The translations under genes were made by a program, and so were the position numbers. Under the pieces are notes generated by a model, which was not told the DNA's origin, searched no databases, and worked only from the letters and a program-made list of their open reading frames with translations. From the NCBI GenBank assembly GCA_902526005.1, contig CABZIW010000001.1, forward strand, positions 3,013-67,012: a DNA stretch of 64,000 nucleotides. Direction: 5' to 3'. This document shows positions 9,456 through 19,651 of the stretch, piece after piece. This DNA comes from an uncultured Pelagibacteraceae bacterium (GTDB taxonomy: Bacteria > Pseudomonadota > Alphaproteobacteria > Pelagibacterales > AG-422-B15). The stretch's first letter is position 1. Each line of letters starts with the position of its first letter.

Positions 9456-9620
9456 ATGATATTTACAATTATATACCTTCTGGTCTTGGTAATGCTTTTA
9501 TCTATGGTGATTTACAAGCAGGCAAAGAAAATTGAGAGTACAAGAGCATTTAATGAAAGAACAATGTTAATCTTATGGCTTGTACTTGGAATGGTTGGTC
9601 TCATCACTGGAGGGTTGTAA
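9456..9620 (+). CDS. Small two-TM hypothetical membrane protein (54 aa), absent from ORF track
   Basis: MIFTIIYLLVLVMLLSMVIYKQAKKIESTRAFNERTMLILWLVLGMVGLITGGL*; fills the gap between MFS and ggt. Confidence 0.6.
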   Translation: MIFTIIYLLVLVMLLSMVIYKQAKKIESTRAFNERTMLILWLVLGMVGLITGGL

Positions 9621-9661
9621 TACCTAAACATTTATTGCACTGGTATGACGATCTGGTTTTT

Positions 9662-11452
9662 ATGCAAAAAATTTTACTTGTATTTTTAATATTATTTTTC
9701 TCACTAAAAAATTCATATTCTGACAATAACATTAAGGATAATTCTCCAGAAGTATTTGAAGGAATCTCAGTAGAGCTTGATAGATTAGAAATTCAAAGGT
9801 CACTCAATCTCAAAGAAAATGGAAAATCTGTTTCAAGTAAAAACTGGATGATTGTTACGGCAAACGCCTATGCTTCAGCTGCTGGGGCAAAAATATTACA
9901 ACTTGGAGGTACAGCAGCAGATGCAATGGTTGCAGCTCAATCTGTGTTAGGCTTAGTCGAGCCTGAGTCATCAGGAATTGGTGGGGGTAGTTTCTTATTA
10001 TGGTATGACGGTGTAACGGGTAAAATAGTTACTTTAGATGGTCGTGAGACTGCACCACAAAACTCAACTTCAAATCAATTTCTAAAAAGTGATGGAACTA
10101 AAATGAAGTTTTTTGATGCTGTCATAGGTGGTCTATCAGTCGGTACACCTGGAACTCTTGCATTAATGTTTGATGCTCAAAAGAAATGGGGTAATCAAAA
10201 CTGGGAAAACCTCTTTGATGAAGCAATTTTCTTGAGTAAACATGGTTTTAAAGTTTCAAAAAAATTATCCTCATCAATTGAAAGAGATAGAGATAGACTT
10301 AGCAAAATAGATAAAACGAAAGAATATTTTTTACCAAATGGGAATAGTTTAAAGCACAAGCAGGTATTGAAGAATTATGCTTATGCAAGCACAATGCAAA
10401 ACATTGCTAACAATAACATTGAAGATTTCTATAAAGGATCAATTGCGCAGGACATTGTTAGCACAGTAAAAAATCACACCAAAAATCCTGGCTTTCTAGA
10501 AGCTGAAGATTTGAGCAACTATAATGTAATAGAAAGAGATCCAGTTTGTGTAAACTATAAGGTATACAAAATATGTGGCATGGGCCCACCATCATCTGGA
10601 GGTGTAGCAGTCGCACAAATATTAAAAATTCTAGAGCCTTATGATATTAAATCTCTAGGCTTATCAAATCCCCTAGCATGGCAAATAATTGGAGATGCGA
10701 CTCGTCTTGCATTTGCTGATCGCGATAGATATTTGGCAGATAGTGATTATATCAGTATTCCTTTGTCTGGTCTCTTAAGTGATGACTATTTGATTGAAAG
10801 ATCAAATCAAATCAAAGCAGGAATTAAAACTGAAAATATAGTCTCAGGTAAACCATATGGCAATGTTGCGCACAATTACGGGATAGATAATTCATTAGAA
10901 TTACAGTCTACAACACATATATCAATTTATGATCAGTATGGAAATGCACTCTCAATGACATCATCAATCGAAAATGCATTTGGATCAAGATTAATGACTG
11001 AAAGTGGATTTTTGCTCAATAATCAACTAACTGATTTTTCATTTAAAGAAAAAGTTGATGGAAAGTTGATTGCAAACAGGTTAGAGCCTGGAAAGAGACC
11101 GAGATCATCAATGGCGCCAACAATAGTGCTAGAAGATGGAAAACCTATAATAATTATTGGCTCACCAGGAGGTAGTAATATTATCAACTTTGTAGTTAAT
11201 TCAATTATCTCATTACTAGAGTGGGATATGGATATTCAAGAAGCAGTCTCTCACCCTCATGCAATTAATAAATGGGGAACATTTGAAATTGAAGAATCTA
11301 ACTTTTCTTCAAATCTTGATACCTCTCTAAAGGCTATGGGTTACGATACCAAAATAAGAAAATACTATTCCGGCTTAAATGGAATATTTATTGATACGAA
11401 GATCTATGGAGGTTCAGATCCAAGACGTGAGGGGATTGCAATAGGAAATTAA
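9662..11452 (+). CDS. ggt: Gamma-glutamyltransferase; start reassigned to MQKILLVF (signal peptide)
   Basis: EPESSGIGGG, DGRETAP, catalytic TTH, LNNQLTDF, RPRSSMAP, GSPGG, DPRREG; the track's start at 9575 overlaps the small ORF. Confidence 0.95.
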   Translation: MQKILLVFLILFFSLKNSYSDNNIKDNSPEVFEGISVELDRLEIQRSLNLKENGKSVSSKNWMIVTANAYASAAGAKILQLGGTAADAMVAAQSVLGLVEPESSGIGGGSFLLWYDGVTGKIVTLDGRETAPQNSTSNQFLKSDGTKMKFFDAVIGGLSVGTPGTLALMFDAQKKWGNQNWENLFDEAIFLSKHGFKVSKKLSSSIERDRDRLSKIDKTKEYFLPNGNSLKHKQVLKNYAYASTMQNIANNNIEDFYKGSIAQDIVSTVKNHTKNPGFLEAEDLSNYNVIERDPVCVNYKVYKICGMGPPSSGGVAVAQILKILEPYDIKSLGLSNPLAWQIIGDATRLAFADRDRYLADSDYISIPLSGLLSDDYLIERSNQIKAGIKTENIVSGKPYGNVAHNYGIDNSLELQSTTHISIYDQYGNALSMTSSIENAFGSRLMTESGFLLNNQLTDFSFKEKVDGKLIANRLEPGKRPRSSMAPTIVLEDGKPIIIIGSPGGSNIINFVVNSIISLLEWDMDIQEAVSHPHAINKWGTFEIEESNFSSNLDTSLKAMGYDTKIRKYYSGLNGIFIDTKIYGGSDPRREGIAIGN

Positions 11453-11483
11453 ATAATAAATAGTTTTCATGCCTACAGCACTT

Positions 11484-12050
11484 TTATTTGACTAATTCAT
11501 CTAATAATTTTGATTGAAACAACTTTGCGCCGAAAGATAGGTTCGCTTTCCATTCAATATTCGCATTCTTATTAGCGTTATCGGAAACAAATTTAAAACA
11601 AATAAATTCAATATTTTCTTTTATACAAACTTTAGCTATTGCATAAGCCTCCATATCTACTAAGTCCGAGTCAATATCTGGATCTTGATTAACAAAATTA
11701 TCTCCAGTACTACAAGAAATTCCATTTCTTCCATTAGAAATAATATTAATATCATCAAATGGAGTTTCACCAATTTCAAATCCAAGCGGAACGGCATTCA
11801 TATCTCTCTGATAAAATTTTGTGACTTCTTGTAACCCTGAGATATTAGGCTTTAATGATCCGGCTGAGCCAAAATTTATAATATACTTGGGTTTAAAGTC
11901 TTTGATCGCTTGCATGGTTTTGTAGGTAGCATTTATTTTGCCAACACCCGTGCATTGAATATTCCATCCAGGTAGTAAAATAGAAGGTAGTTCGTCTTTA
12001 ATAGCAATTAATATAATTGTGTTACTTGTATTAATCATTAAAACATTCAA
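11484..12050 (-). CDS. mtnN: 5'-methylthioadenosine/S-adenosylhomocysteine nucleosidase family
   Basis: GVGKINA, GSAGSL, STGDNFV, DMEAYAIAKVC, KFVSDNA. Confidence 0.75.
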   Translation of the reverse strand: MNVLMINTSNTIILIAIKDELPSILLPGWNIQCTGVGKINATYKTMQAIKDFKPKYIINFGSAGSLKPNISGLQEVTKFYQRDMNAVPLGFEIGETPFDDINIISNGRNGISCSTGDNFVNQDPDIDSDLVDMEAYAIAKVCIKENIEFICFKFVSDNANKNANIEWKANLSFGAKLFQSKLLDELVK

Positions 12051-12054
12051 ATAA

Positions 12055-13044
12055 TTATCTTTTTAATTTAGCATCCAAGAAATTAGATAAATTTTTTGCA
12101 ACTAATTGATTGCCTAAACTATTGAGATGACTATCTATCGTGAAATGAACTCTTTTGTGTTCTTTGAATTTTGGCCAGTCAGGAGCCAAACAGTCAATTT
12201 TTAATCTTAAGCAAATTTTTTTAATATTTTTTTCAAAATATAAATGTGACTTTTCATTATCTTTTTTTGATAGAATAGTTTGAATTTGCTGGGGAATAAT
12301 TACCACTATCAATTTTTGTTTTATTTCAGCGGGTAAGTTATTGATCATAAGTTCAAATTTACTATATGCCATTTTCCATTCATTGCTTAGATCCTCTTTT
12401 AAATAGTCTTTAACCTTACCTCTTCTTAGATATGCTAAAATATATTGGTCATCATTCTTTAAGATAAGATTAATTGTAAATTTTAAAATGGAGGACTTAT
12501 AAACCAGATTTTTTATTGATAACTTTTCAAAATTTTTTTTATCATGATCAAGTAAAGGATATAAATCATTTGCTGTTAAACCATACAAGATGTATTTATA
12601 TTCATTGTGATCAACATTTTCTATTTTTGAAATTATTTGCTCAGCATCCTGAGCAGCAACTCCATAATTATGTAATGAGACCAATTCATTATTTAAATAC
12701 TTAATTGCAAGATAGTTATAATTTTCTTGAATATCAGACATTGCTCCAAATGTAAAACTATCACCAAAAGATGCTATCATGATTTCATTTGCTTGCGCAT
12801 ATTGTGCATAATCTCTTCTTCCATGCTCATTGATAAAATATTTAACTGGCTCTTTTTTTTCCCTACTCTTATAGATTAATTGACAATTTGGTCTTAAAAC
12901 AAAATAAATTTCATTAGCATCTTTTTCTCTACAGTTTTCACCTTCACTCCATTCCTTAAAATAAAAAAATTTAAGCGATAACTCTAAAAAAATAATTAAA
13001 GCTATAAATATCAATAGATTACTCAGTAATATTTTCTTCATCAT
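12055..13044 (-). CDS. SGNH/GDSL hydrolase-like membrane-anchored protein
   Basis: N-terminal TM, INEHGRR, FGDSFTFG, NYGV, DSHLN.LGN. Confidence 0.8.
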   Translation of the reverse strand: MMKKILLSNLLIFIALIIFLELSLKFFYFKEWSEGENCREKDANEIYFVLRPNCQLIYKSREKKEPVKYFINEHGRRDYAQYAQANEIMIASFGDSFTFGAMSDIQENYNYLAIKYLNNELVSLHNYGVAAQDAEQIISKIENVDHNEYKYILYGLTANDLYPLLDHDKKNFEKLSIKNLVYKSSILKFTINLILKNDDQYILAYLRRGKVKDYLKEDLSNEWKMAYSKFELMINNLPAEIKQKLIVVIIPQQIQTILSKKDNEKSHLYFEKNIKKICLRLKIDCLAPDWPKFKEHKRVHFTIDSHLNSLGNQLVAKNLSNFLDAKLKR

Positions 13045-13057
13045 AAATCATTTTTAT

Positions 13058-13147
13058 TGGCGGAAAGGATGGGATTCGAACCCACGATACGGTCACCCGC
13101 ATACACGCTTTCCAAGCGTGCGCCTTCAACCACTCGGCCACCTTTCC
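13058..13147 (-). tRNA. tRNA-Ser (GGA)
   Basis: 90-nt cloverleaf GGAAAGGTGGCCGAGTGG...CACGC-TTGGAAA-GCGTG...GGTTCGAATCC...CCA; long variable arm; CCA encoded. Confidence 0.97.
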
Positions 13148-14947
13148 TTATTCAACTTTTAAAGCAGCGATAAAAGCTTCTTGTGGAATATCGACCTTAC
13201 CATAAGTTCTAAGCCTCTGTTTTCCTTTTTTCTGCTTATCAAGTAATTTTCTTTTTCTATCAGTAGCTCCGCCACCATGTATTCTTTCAATAACATTTTT
13301 TCGATATCCTCTGACAGTTTCGCGGGCAATAATTTTTCCACCAATTGCTGCTTGAATTGGAATATGGAATTGATGACGAGGAATTAATTCTTTTAGTTTT
13401 TCACAAACAGCGCGACCTTTTTTTTCAGAAAAATTTCTGTGAACAATAATTGACAGAGCATCAACTGACTCATCATTTACTAATATACTAAGTCTTACCA
13501 AATCACTTTCAATATACTCATCAATTTCATAATCAAAACTTGCATATCCACTAGAAATTGACTTCAAGCGATCATAAAAATCAAAAACAATTTCATTTAG
13601 AGGTAACTTATAATTTAAAATTACTCTTGATCCAGAATAAGATAATTCTGTCTGCATTCCTCTCTTATCTTCACAGAGAGATATGATACTACCTAAATAT
13701 TCATCAGGACAAATAATTGTTGCTTTAATCCAAGGCTCAGAAATACTTTTAATTTTCATAACTTCAGGCATATCTGCTGGATTATGTAATTCAAGTGAAC
13801 TTCCGTCATTTAAAACTAAATTATAAATAACACTTGGAGCTGTGGTTATTAGATCTAAATTAAATTCTCTATCAAGTCTTTCAACAATAATTTCTAAGTG
13901 TAATAATCCAAGGAAACCACATCTAAAACCCATTCCAAGAGCCGCTGAGGTTTCTTGTTCGAAATGAAAACTAGAGTCGTTAAGCTTTAACTTGGCTAAC
14001 GCATCTTTTAGGAATTTAAAATCAGCAGCATTTGTCGGAAATAATCCACAAAATACTACCGGCTGACTTGGCTTGAAGCCAGGTAATGGCTCTGTTTGTT
14101 TATCATTAGCTAGTAGTATTGTATCTCCAACCTTAGTTTGGGCTACTTCTTTAATTGCAGCAGTTATAAAACCTAATTCACCAGTATTAATATACTCGTT
14201 ATCAATCATTTTTGGAGTAAAACAGCCAATTCTCTCTATTAAATGTTTTGTATTAGTTTGATGAAAACGAACCTCCATACCCTTTTTTAGAACTCCATCT
14301 ATCACACGAACCAATATCACAACACCCAGGTAGGCATCATACCAACTATCTACTAACATTGCTTTTAATTGTTTACTTTCATCACCTACAGGAGATGGTA
14401 ATTCCTTTACAATATTTTCTAAGACTTCTTCAATGCCGAGACCTGATTTAGCAGAAATTTCAATTACATTACTGGTATCAATACCTAAAATATCTTCTAT
14501 CTGTTTTTTTACTCTCTCGGGATCCGCTGCTGGTAAATCTATTTTATTTAAAACGGGTATAATTACATGATCATTTTCTACAGCTTGATATAAATTAGCT
14601 AATGTTTGAGCTTCAACGCCCTGACTTGCATCAACAACCAATAGCGATCCCTCGCAAGCAGATAATGATCTGTTAACTTCATAGCTGAAGTCAACATGGC
14701 CAGGTGTATCAATAATATTTAGTGTGTACGTTTCGCCATTTTTTGCTTTGTATTTTAATTGTACAGTTTGAGCCTTGATTGTTATTCCACGTTCTCTCTC
14801 AATATCCATAGAATCAAGCACCTGTGCTTTCATTTCTCTTTCAGAAAGCCCTCCACAAAATTGAATCAATCTGTCAGCTAAAGTAGATTTTCCATGATCA
14901 ATATGAGCTATAATAGAAAAATTTCTTATGTTTTTAGTGCCAGTCAT
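13148..14947 (-). CDS. lepA: Elongation factor 4 (LepA)
   Basis: [54 protein letters not shown]. Confidence 0.99.
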   Translation of the reverse strand: MTGTKNIRNFSIIAHIDHGKSTLADRLIQFCGGLSEREMKAQVLDSMDIERERGITIKAQTVQLKYKAKNGETYTLNIIDTPGHVDFSYEVNRSLSACEGSLLVVDASQGVEAQTLANLYQAVENDHVIIPVLNKIDLPAADPERVKKQIEDILGIDTSNVIEISAKSGLGIEEVLENIVKELPSPVGDESKQLKAMLVDSWYDAYLGVVILVRVIDGVLKKGMEVRFHQTNTKHLIERIGCFTPKMIDNEYINTGELGFITAAIKEVAQTKVGDTILLANDKQTEPLPGFKPSQPVVFCGLFPTNAADFKFLKDALAKLKLNDSSFHFEQETSAALGMGFRCGFLGLLHLEIIVERLDREFNLDLITTAPSVIYNLVLNDGSSLELHNPADMPEVMKIKSISEPWIKATIICPDEYLGSIISLCEDKRGMQTELSYSGSRVILNYKLPLNEIVFDFYDRLKSISSGYASFDYEIDEYIESDLVRLSILVNDESVDALSIIVHRNFSEKKGRAVCEKLKELIPRHQFHIPIQAAIGGKIIARETVRGYRKNVIERIHGGGATDRKRKLLDKQKKGKQRLRTYGKVDIPQEAFIAALKVE

Positions 14948-14959
14948 AATATTTTTAAT

Positions 14960-17347
14960 TTAGGATCTAACAGTTCCGGAAGTAGACTTTTCCACAGATT
15001 CAATTATTTTTGAACTTATTTCAGAAATGTCGTTATCAGCAAGAGTTTTTTCGTTAGATTGTAATGTAACCTTAATAGCAATAGACTTTTTGTCTTTTCC
15101 AAGACTATCATCTTCAAATAAATCAAAGATTTCAACATTTCTAATTAATTCCTTATCTACCTTAAAGGCTGAAGTAACAACTTCCTCGCTTTTTACTTTT
15201 TTATCAATAACAAAGGCAAAGTCTCTTGTGACAATCTGAAAATCACTTAAGTTAAGTACAGGCTTGTTGGTAGTTTTCTTTTCTATGTTTGGCAGTTCAT
15301 CAAGGTATAACTCAAATATATTTATTTTATTCTTAATCTTAAATTGATTTGCAACTCTTGGATGTAACTCTCCAAAATATCCAGCAATTACCGAATTATT
15401 AATTTTTATCGAACCAGATCTTCCTGGATGATACCAGGAAGGACAGTCATTAGAGACAGATATTTTTTTGTTACCTGGCATTAAATAGTCAATTAAGGAA
15501 GTTAAATCTTGTTTTACGTCATATATATCAAATTCCGTCTGCATATTCTTCCAAGACTTTTCTGTCTTAATTCCAGATTTAATTCCACATGCAACGTTCA
15601 ACTGATCCTCAGGAGAGGTTGATCTGTACTGACTACCTATCTCAAAGATCGAGAATGAGTCAAAGTTTCTATTCTTATTTTTTTTAATTGCTTGAAGAAG
15701 ATTGGGCAGAAGATTAGGTCTTAATATATCCAGCTCCTCTGAGATGGGATTTACAATTTTTAAGTTATTTATATCGCCAAATACTTCACAATTTTTTGAG
15801 TCTGTGAATGAAAATGTTACTAATTCATCATATTCAATTGAAGCAATAAAGTGTCTAGCTTTCATCAGCTTCTTTTGTGCGTAATTTAAGATATTTTTAT
15901 TAATTTTACTTTTTAATCTAATATTACTTGTCGGAATATTTTCATATCCTTTAATACGAATAACTTCTTCACTTATGTCAGCTTCGCCGTGAATATCTTG
16001 TCTCCAAGAAGGTATTGAACATTTGATAACATCACCTGTTTGGCTCGTTTCAATTCCTAAAGAACTAAGTATTGATATCAATTCTTTGTCAGATACTTCA
16101 AAACCAAGTCTTCTCGAAATATAACTACTAGAAGTTGATACCTCATTTTTATTTTCTTTTATATTTCCAGCCAACTCAACCTCACTGCACTCACCACCAC
16201 ATATTTCAAGAATTAATTGTGTTGCAAGGTCTATCCCTTTTAAAGTTGAATTTGGATCAATGCCTCTTTCAAAACGATATCTTGCATCACTTAGAATTGA
16301 CAAGTTTCTTCCCGTCTTGGCTGTATTAATCTCATCAAATAATGCTGATTCAAGTAAAACGTTCTTTGTCTCAGTGCTGCAACCTGTACTTTCGCCCCCC
16401 ATGATCCCCCCTAAGCCTAGTACTTTTTTTTCATCCGCTATTACGCACATACCATTTTTTAGGTGATAATCTTTTTCATCTAGCGCTTGGAAACTTTCTC
16501 CATCATTTGCTGCGCGTACTATAATTTTGCCATTTATTTTGTCTGCATCGTAAACGTGAAGTGGCCGGTTCTCGTCATACATTACAAAATTAGTTATATC
16601 TACCAGCGCAGATATTGGCCTTAAACCTATTGACTTAAGTTTGTTTTTAAGCCACTCGGGGCTTTCAGTATTTTTTACATTTCTAAAATATCTTCCAGCA
16701 AAAGCCGAGCATATTTTATTATCTTGTATTTCAATTTTAATTGGTGATTTAAAGGAGCCTTTTTCTTTAGATATTTTTCTCTCTAACAATTCCCCCATAC
16801 CAGCTGAAGCAAGATCTCGGGCAATTCCTTTTACACCTAGACAATCCTGTCGATTAGGAGTGATACCAATTTCTATTACAATATCATTAAGGCCATAGAT
16901 CTCTGAAAAAGGTCTTCCAATAGTCTCTTTTTCCTCAAGTCGAATTATTCCGTCATGCTCATTTGAGATACCAAGCTCGTATTCAGAACACATCATTCCA
17001 TAGGACTCAACTCCCCTAATCTTGGCAGCTTTAATTTTCATTTGATTAACCGGAATAGTTGAACCAACCGGCGCATAAACTACCTTCATGCCTTTCTCTA
17101 CATTTGGCGCACCACAAACTACATCAACCTTTTCCTTGCCAATATCAACTTTGCATAGTTTTAATTTATCCGCATTTGGGTGTTTTTTTTCTTCAAGTAC
17201 CTGTCCAACAATAAAATCTTGGTATGCTTTTCCTGTGTCTTGAATATCTTCAACTTCAAGGCCAATAGAAGTGAGCTTCTTTTCAATCTCTTCGAAATGA
17301 ACATTTGTCTTAAGATGCTCAGTTAACCACGAATAACTAAATTTCAT
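14960..17347 (-). CDS. pheT: Phenylalanine-tRNA ligase beta subunit
   Basis: HPNADKL, CGAPN, ITPNRQDCL, RFERG, GELHP, RDFAF. Confidence 0.98.
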   Translation of the reverse strand: MKFSYSWLTEHLKTNVHFEEIEKKLTSIGLEVEDIQDTGKAYQDFIVGQVLEEKKHPNADKLKLCKVDIGKEKVDVVCGAPNVEKGMKVVYAPVGSTIPVNQMKIKAAKIRGVESYGMMCSEYELGISNEHDGIIRLEEKETIGRPFSEIYGLNDIVIEIGITPNRQDCLGVKGIARDLASAGMGELLERKISKEKGSFKSPIKIEIQDNKICSAFAGRYFRNVKNTESPEWLKNKLKSIGLRPISALVDITNFVMYDENRPLHVYDADKINGKIIVRAANDGESFQALDEKDYHLKNGMCVIADEKKVLGLGGIMGGESTGCSTETKNVLLESALFDEINTAKTGRNLSILSDARYRFERGIDPNSTLKGIDLATQLILEICGGECSEVELAGNIKENKNEVSTSSSYISRRLGFEVSDKELISILSSLGIETSQTGDVIKCSIPSWRQDIHGEADISEEVIRIKGYENIPTSNIRLKSKINKNILNYAQKKLMKARHFIASIEYDELVTFSFTDSKNCEVFGDINNLKIVNPISEELDILRPNLLPNLLQAIKKNKNRNFDSFSIFEIGSQYRSTSPEDQLNVACGIKSGIKTEKSWKNMQTEFDIYDVKQDLTSLIDYLMPGNKKISVSNDCPSWYHPGRSGSIKINNSVIAGYFGELHPRVANQFKIKNKINIFELYLDELPNIEKKTTNKPVLNLSDFQIVTRDFAFVIDKKVKSEEVVTSAFKVDKELIRNVEIFDLFEDDSLGKDKKSIAIKVTLQSNEKTLADNDISEISSKIIESVEKSTSGTVRS

Positions 17348-18367
17348 CTAGCTTAAGTCTCCTATGATCGAAGGTATGTTCAAAGGTGAGAAGCCATAGT
17401 GCTTATTCCATCTAAGATCACTATCAAAGAAAGTTCTTAAATCACTAATTCCATATTTGAGCATTGCAAGCCTCTCTATGCCCATACCAAATGCATAACC
17501 TTGATATTCATTTGAATTGATATTCACATTTTCAAGCACGTTTGGATGAACCATTCCGCATCCTAAAATTTCCAACCAATCCTCACCCTCTCCGATAATT
17601 AATTGGTTTCCTTTCTTTGTATATCCAATATCAACTTCTGCAGATGGTTCAGTAAAAGGAAAATGACTAGGTCGAAATCTCATATTTAATTTATCAGTCT
17701 CAAAAAAAGTCTTGAGGAATATTTCTAAACATCCTTTGAGATGGCTCATATTGCTTTCTTGATCTATTACCAAACCCTCAACTTGATGGAACATAGGAGA
17801 GTGCGTTTGATCATTATCACATCTAAACGTTTTTCCAGGAGCTATTAATCGAATTGGTGGTTTCTGCTTTAACATACTTCTTATTTGAACTGGCGAGGTA
17901 TGAGTTCGCAAAACATTTGGCATTCCATCAGTCTCAGTTTCAACATAAAAAGTATCATGCATTTGTCGTGCAGGGTGATGTTCAGAAGTATTTAAAGCAG
18001 TAAAATTATTGTAATCAGTTTCAACTTCAGGTCCTTCAGCTACAAAAAAATCTAAGTCGCCAAATATAGTTATAACTTCCTCTATAACCTGACTGATTGG
18101 GTGAATAGTTCCGTATGACTTTGAAGTAGATAGAGTGATATCTAAAGTTTCAGAGTTAAGTTTTTTTTCTAATTCCTCGCTATTTAACTCTTCAGTCTTT
18201 GAAGCTATTATTTCATCACCAGAAAGGCTGGCAAGCTCTTTCATTTCGAGAGAAATAATACCTTTCTTACCTAGAAATTTTATCCTAAATTCATTTATGC
18301 TTTCGATATTTGTAAATTTATCTGAAGCTTTTTTAATTTCAGTTTCTAACTCTCTAAAATCTTTCAT
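17348..18367 (-). CDS. pheS: Phenylalanine-tRNA ligase alpha subunit (N-terminal coiled coil appears about 17 aa short)
   Basis: HHPARQMHDTFY, LRTHTSPVQIR, FHQVEGL, FPFTEPSAE, GMGIERLAM. Confidence 0.97.
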   Translation of the reverse strand: MKDFRELETEIKKASDKFTNIESINEFRIKFLGKKGIISLEMKELASLSGDEIIASKTEELNSEELEKKLNSETLDITLSTSKSYGTIHPISQVIEEVITIFGDLDFFVAEGPEVETDYNNFTALNTSEHHPARQMHDTFYVETETDGMPNVLRTHTSPVQIRSMLKQKPPIRLIAPGKTFRCDNDQTHSPMFHQVEGLVIDQESNMSHLKGCLEIFLKTFFETDKLNMRFRPSHFPFTEPSAEVDIGYTKKGNQLIIGEGEDWLEILGCGMVHPNVLENVNINSNEYQGYAFGMGIERLAMLKYGISDLRTFFDSDLRWNKHYGFSPLNIPSIIGDLS

Positions 18368-18438
18368 CGTAGAACAACAATATCAGATTTAGTTTTTTCT
18401 GTAATAATAATATGCTTGAGAATATGATACTAACTGAA

Positions 18439-18795
18439 TTATTTGGCTGAGGACTGAACCTGTTTTGCTAAATGCTCAAAAGAAGTAGGTTCATTCATAG
18501 CAAGATCAGCTAAAATTTTACGATCTAATTCGATGTTTAATTTTTTAAGACCATTCATGAAAACTGAATAAGAAATTCCATGTAATCTAGCTCCAGCATT
18601 TATTCTTTGGGTCCAAAGTGATCTGAACTCTCTTTTTTTCACTCTTCGATCACGATAGGCATACTGCATTGATTTTTCTACAGCTTGCTTTGCGACTTTA
18701 AAAGTATTCTTTCTTCTGCCTCTATATCCTTTGGCTTGCTTAATTACTTTTTTGTGTCTCGCGTGTGCAGTAACTCCTCTTTTAACTCTTGCCAT
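18439..18795 (-). CDS. rplT: 50S ribosomal protein L20
   Basis: MARVKRG...AKGYRGRR...[15 protein letters not shown]. Confidence 0.99.
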   Translation of the reverse strand: MARVKRGVTAHARHKKVIKQAKGYRGRRKNTFKVAKQAVEKSMQYAYRDRRVKKREFRSLWTQRINAGARLHGISYSVFMNGLKKLNIELDRKILADLAMNEPTSFEHLAKQVQSSAK

Positions 18796-18811
18796 TATAT
18801 CTTCCTATTTA

Positions 18812-19009
18812 TTAAGCGTAGGGTAAAAACTTTTTAACTATTCGGGCATCTTGATCAGATAAAATTGTAGAACCTCTTTGATTTCTTATCTGATTATTTG
18901 TTCTTTTAATCATACCGTGTCTTTTTCCACTTTGATATGATTTAACTTTACCAGAAGCTGTAAGCCTAAATCTTTTATTAGCGCCTTTTTTTGTTTTTAA
19001 TTTACTCAT
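18812..19009 (-). CDS. rpmI: 50S ribosomal protein L35 (start at MSKLKTKK)
   Basis: [26 protein letters not shown]. Confidence 0.97.
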   Translation of the reverse strand: MSKLKTKKGANKRFRLTASGKVKSYQSGKRHGMIKRTNNQIRNQRGSTILSDQDARIVKKFLPYA

Positions 19010-19087
19010 ATTGGATGAACGGTTTATAGACCCTAGGTAAGAAAAAATCAAAAGTTTTTTATTAATGATAAGAATTAACTACTGCTG

Positions 19088-19636
19088 CTAATTTGCAGCG
19101 AAAATCATGGTAAATTGGCGACCTTCAAGTTTTGGCTCTTGCTCGATTTTACTTGTCGTGCCCATTGTTTCTCGAATTCTTTCCATCAAATTTTCAGCAA
19201 TATCATGATGTTCAAACTCTCTACCTTTAAATCGGATAGTAAATTTTACTTTATCGCCTGCAGCGATAAATTTTTGAGCAGCCTTTACCTTGAAGTCGTA
19301 ATCGTGAACATCAATTCCCGGCCTCATCTTAATTTCTTTTATTGTAATTTCTTTTTGTTTTTTCTTGGACGTACTAGCTTTTTTTTGGGCCTCATATTTA
19401 AATTTACCAAAATCAAGAATTTTGCACACAGGGGGGTCAACTTGTGGAGATACCTCAACTAAATCAAGACCTGCGTCTGAAGCTTTTTGCATTGCCTCAT
19501 CAGTGTTAACAACTCCTAAGTTGTTACCTTTTTCATCAATTAATCTTACAGTGGAAGAAGTTATAAATTCGTTTATGCGAAACTTTGGACCTTTAGTAGA
19601 TAGCTGGGCTCTATTGTTTTTTCTTTGAAGTGCTAT
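19088..19636 (-). CDS. infC: Translation initiation factor IF-3 with non-canonical ATA start
   Basis: Open frame extends 48 codons above the track's ATG through RINEFIT..VRLID; GGAG SD 6 nt before ATA; DLVEVSP..DPPVCKILDFGK, KEIKMRPGID. Confidence 0.95.
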   Translation of the reverse strand: MALQRKNNRAQLSTKGPKFRINEFITSSTVRLIDEKGNNLGVVNTDEAMQKASDAGLDLVEVSPQVDPPVCKILDFGKFKYEAQKKASTSKKKQKEITIKEIKMRPGIDVHDYDFKVKAAQKFIAAGDKVKFTIRFKGREFEHHDIAENLMERIRETMGTTSKIEQEPKLEGRQFTMIFAAN

Positions 19637-19651
19637 TTTAATCTCCTTTGT

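Noticed and set aside
9575-9661. Track's upstream start for ggt
   Set aside because: Overlaps the 54-aa ORF and buries the signal peptide; MQKILL at 9662 fits better
11484-13057. SGNH and nucleosidase genes as an element integrated at tRNA-Ser
   Set aside because: No duplicated tRNA 3' end and no integrase found
19010-19087. Possible L20-responsive leader upstream of rpmI
   Set aside because: No convincing stem or pseudoknot visible by eye
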